DNA from: Paramicrosporidium saccamoebae KSL3
Lineage: Eukaryota; Fungi; Cryptomycota
Assembly: GCA_002794465.1 (NCBI GenBank)
Contig: MTSL01000022.1
Location: forward strand, 12,093 to 18,118
Direction of reading: 5' to 3'
DNA length: 6,026 nt
Shown: positions 5,917-6,026 of the stretch, in pieces
Layout: the number at the start of each line of letters is the position of its first letter
Position numbering within the stretch: position 1 is the first letter of the stretch
Notes under the pieces: model-generated
Seen by the model: the letters and a program-made list of their open reading frames with translations, nothing else
Database searches by the model: none
What the model was told of the DNA's origin: nothing
Made by a program: the position numbers and the translations under genes

Positions 5917-6012
5917 TACCACCTAACCATCCAGTCCCTCAACCACCTAACCACCCAGTCTCTCAACCACCCAGTCTCTCAACCACCCAGTCTCTCAACC
6001 ACCCAATCTCTA
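5917..6012. repeat. C-rich 16-bp tandem array (AACCACCCAGTCTCTC) with a 24-bp higher-order start
   Basis: Perfect 16-mers at 5949, 5965 and 5981; two-mismatch copies at 5925 and 5997; 8-bp [T/A]ACCACCT inserts at 5917 and 5941. Confidence 0.92.
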
Positions 6013-6016
6013 TTTA

Positions 6017-6026
6017 CCCCCCCCCC
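6017..6026. repeat. Poly-C run at the window end (at least C10)
   Basis: Ten consecutive C residues terminate the sequence. Confidence 0.9.

Noticed and set aside
5917-6026. True telomere at the right end (CCTAACC-like words, C-run)
   Set aside because: A right-hand chromosome end should be G-rich on the + strand. This is C-rich and lacks a uniform short telomeric unit.

Overview
Gene-dense, apparently intronless eukaryotic DNA carrying five co-oriented (+ strand) genes, each starting at an ATG followed by a signal-peptide-like N-terminus: an atypical Ser/Thr kinase (31..1251) and four low-complexity proteins with no family I recognise (1414..2331, 2676..3887, 4171..4893, 5180..5635). By manual alignment the four unknowns form a modular family. 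Three share a roughly 90-105 aa C-terminal Cys-containing domain (C-x2-V-[FY]-x8-[LM]-P). Three carry repeated short amphipathic motifs resembling the F-tractin/ITPKA actin-binding core. Two share an ExYYDxDxxxVP motif. All four have CCAAT at -60 to -62 from the ATG paired with a Forkhead-type TGTTTA[CT], with an exact 9-nt spacer in three. The right end holds 26-bp and 16/24-bp tandem arrays and ends in C10. The compact layout, CCAAT boxes and stop-proximal AATAAA suggest a reduced-genome unicellular eukaryote, possibly an early-diverging fungal or microsporidia-related parasite; this is inference only. All alignments and motifs were found by eye, and no database searches were run.
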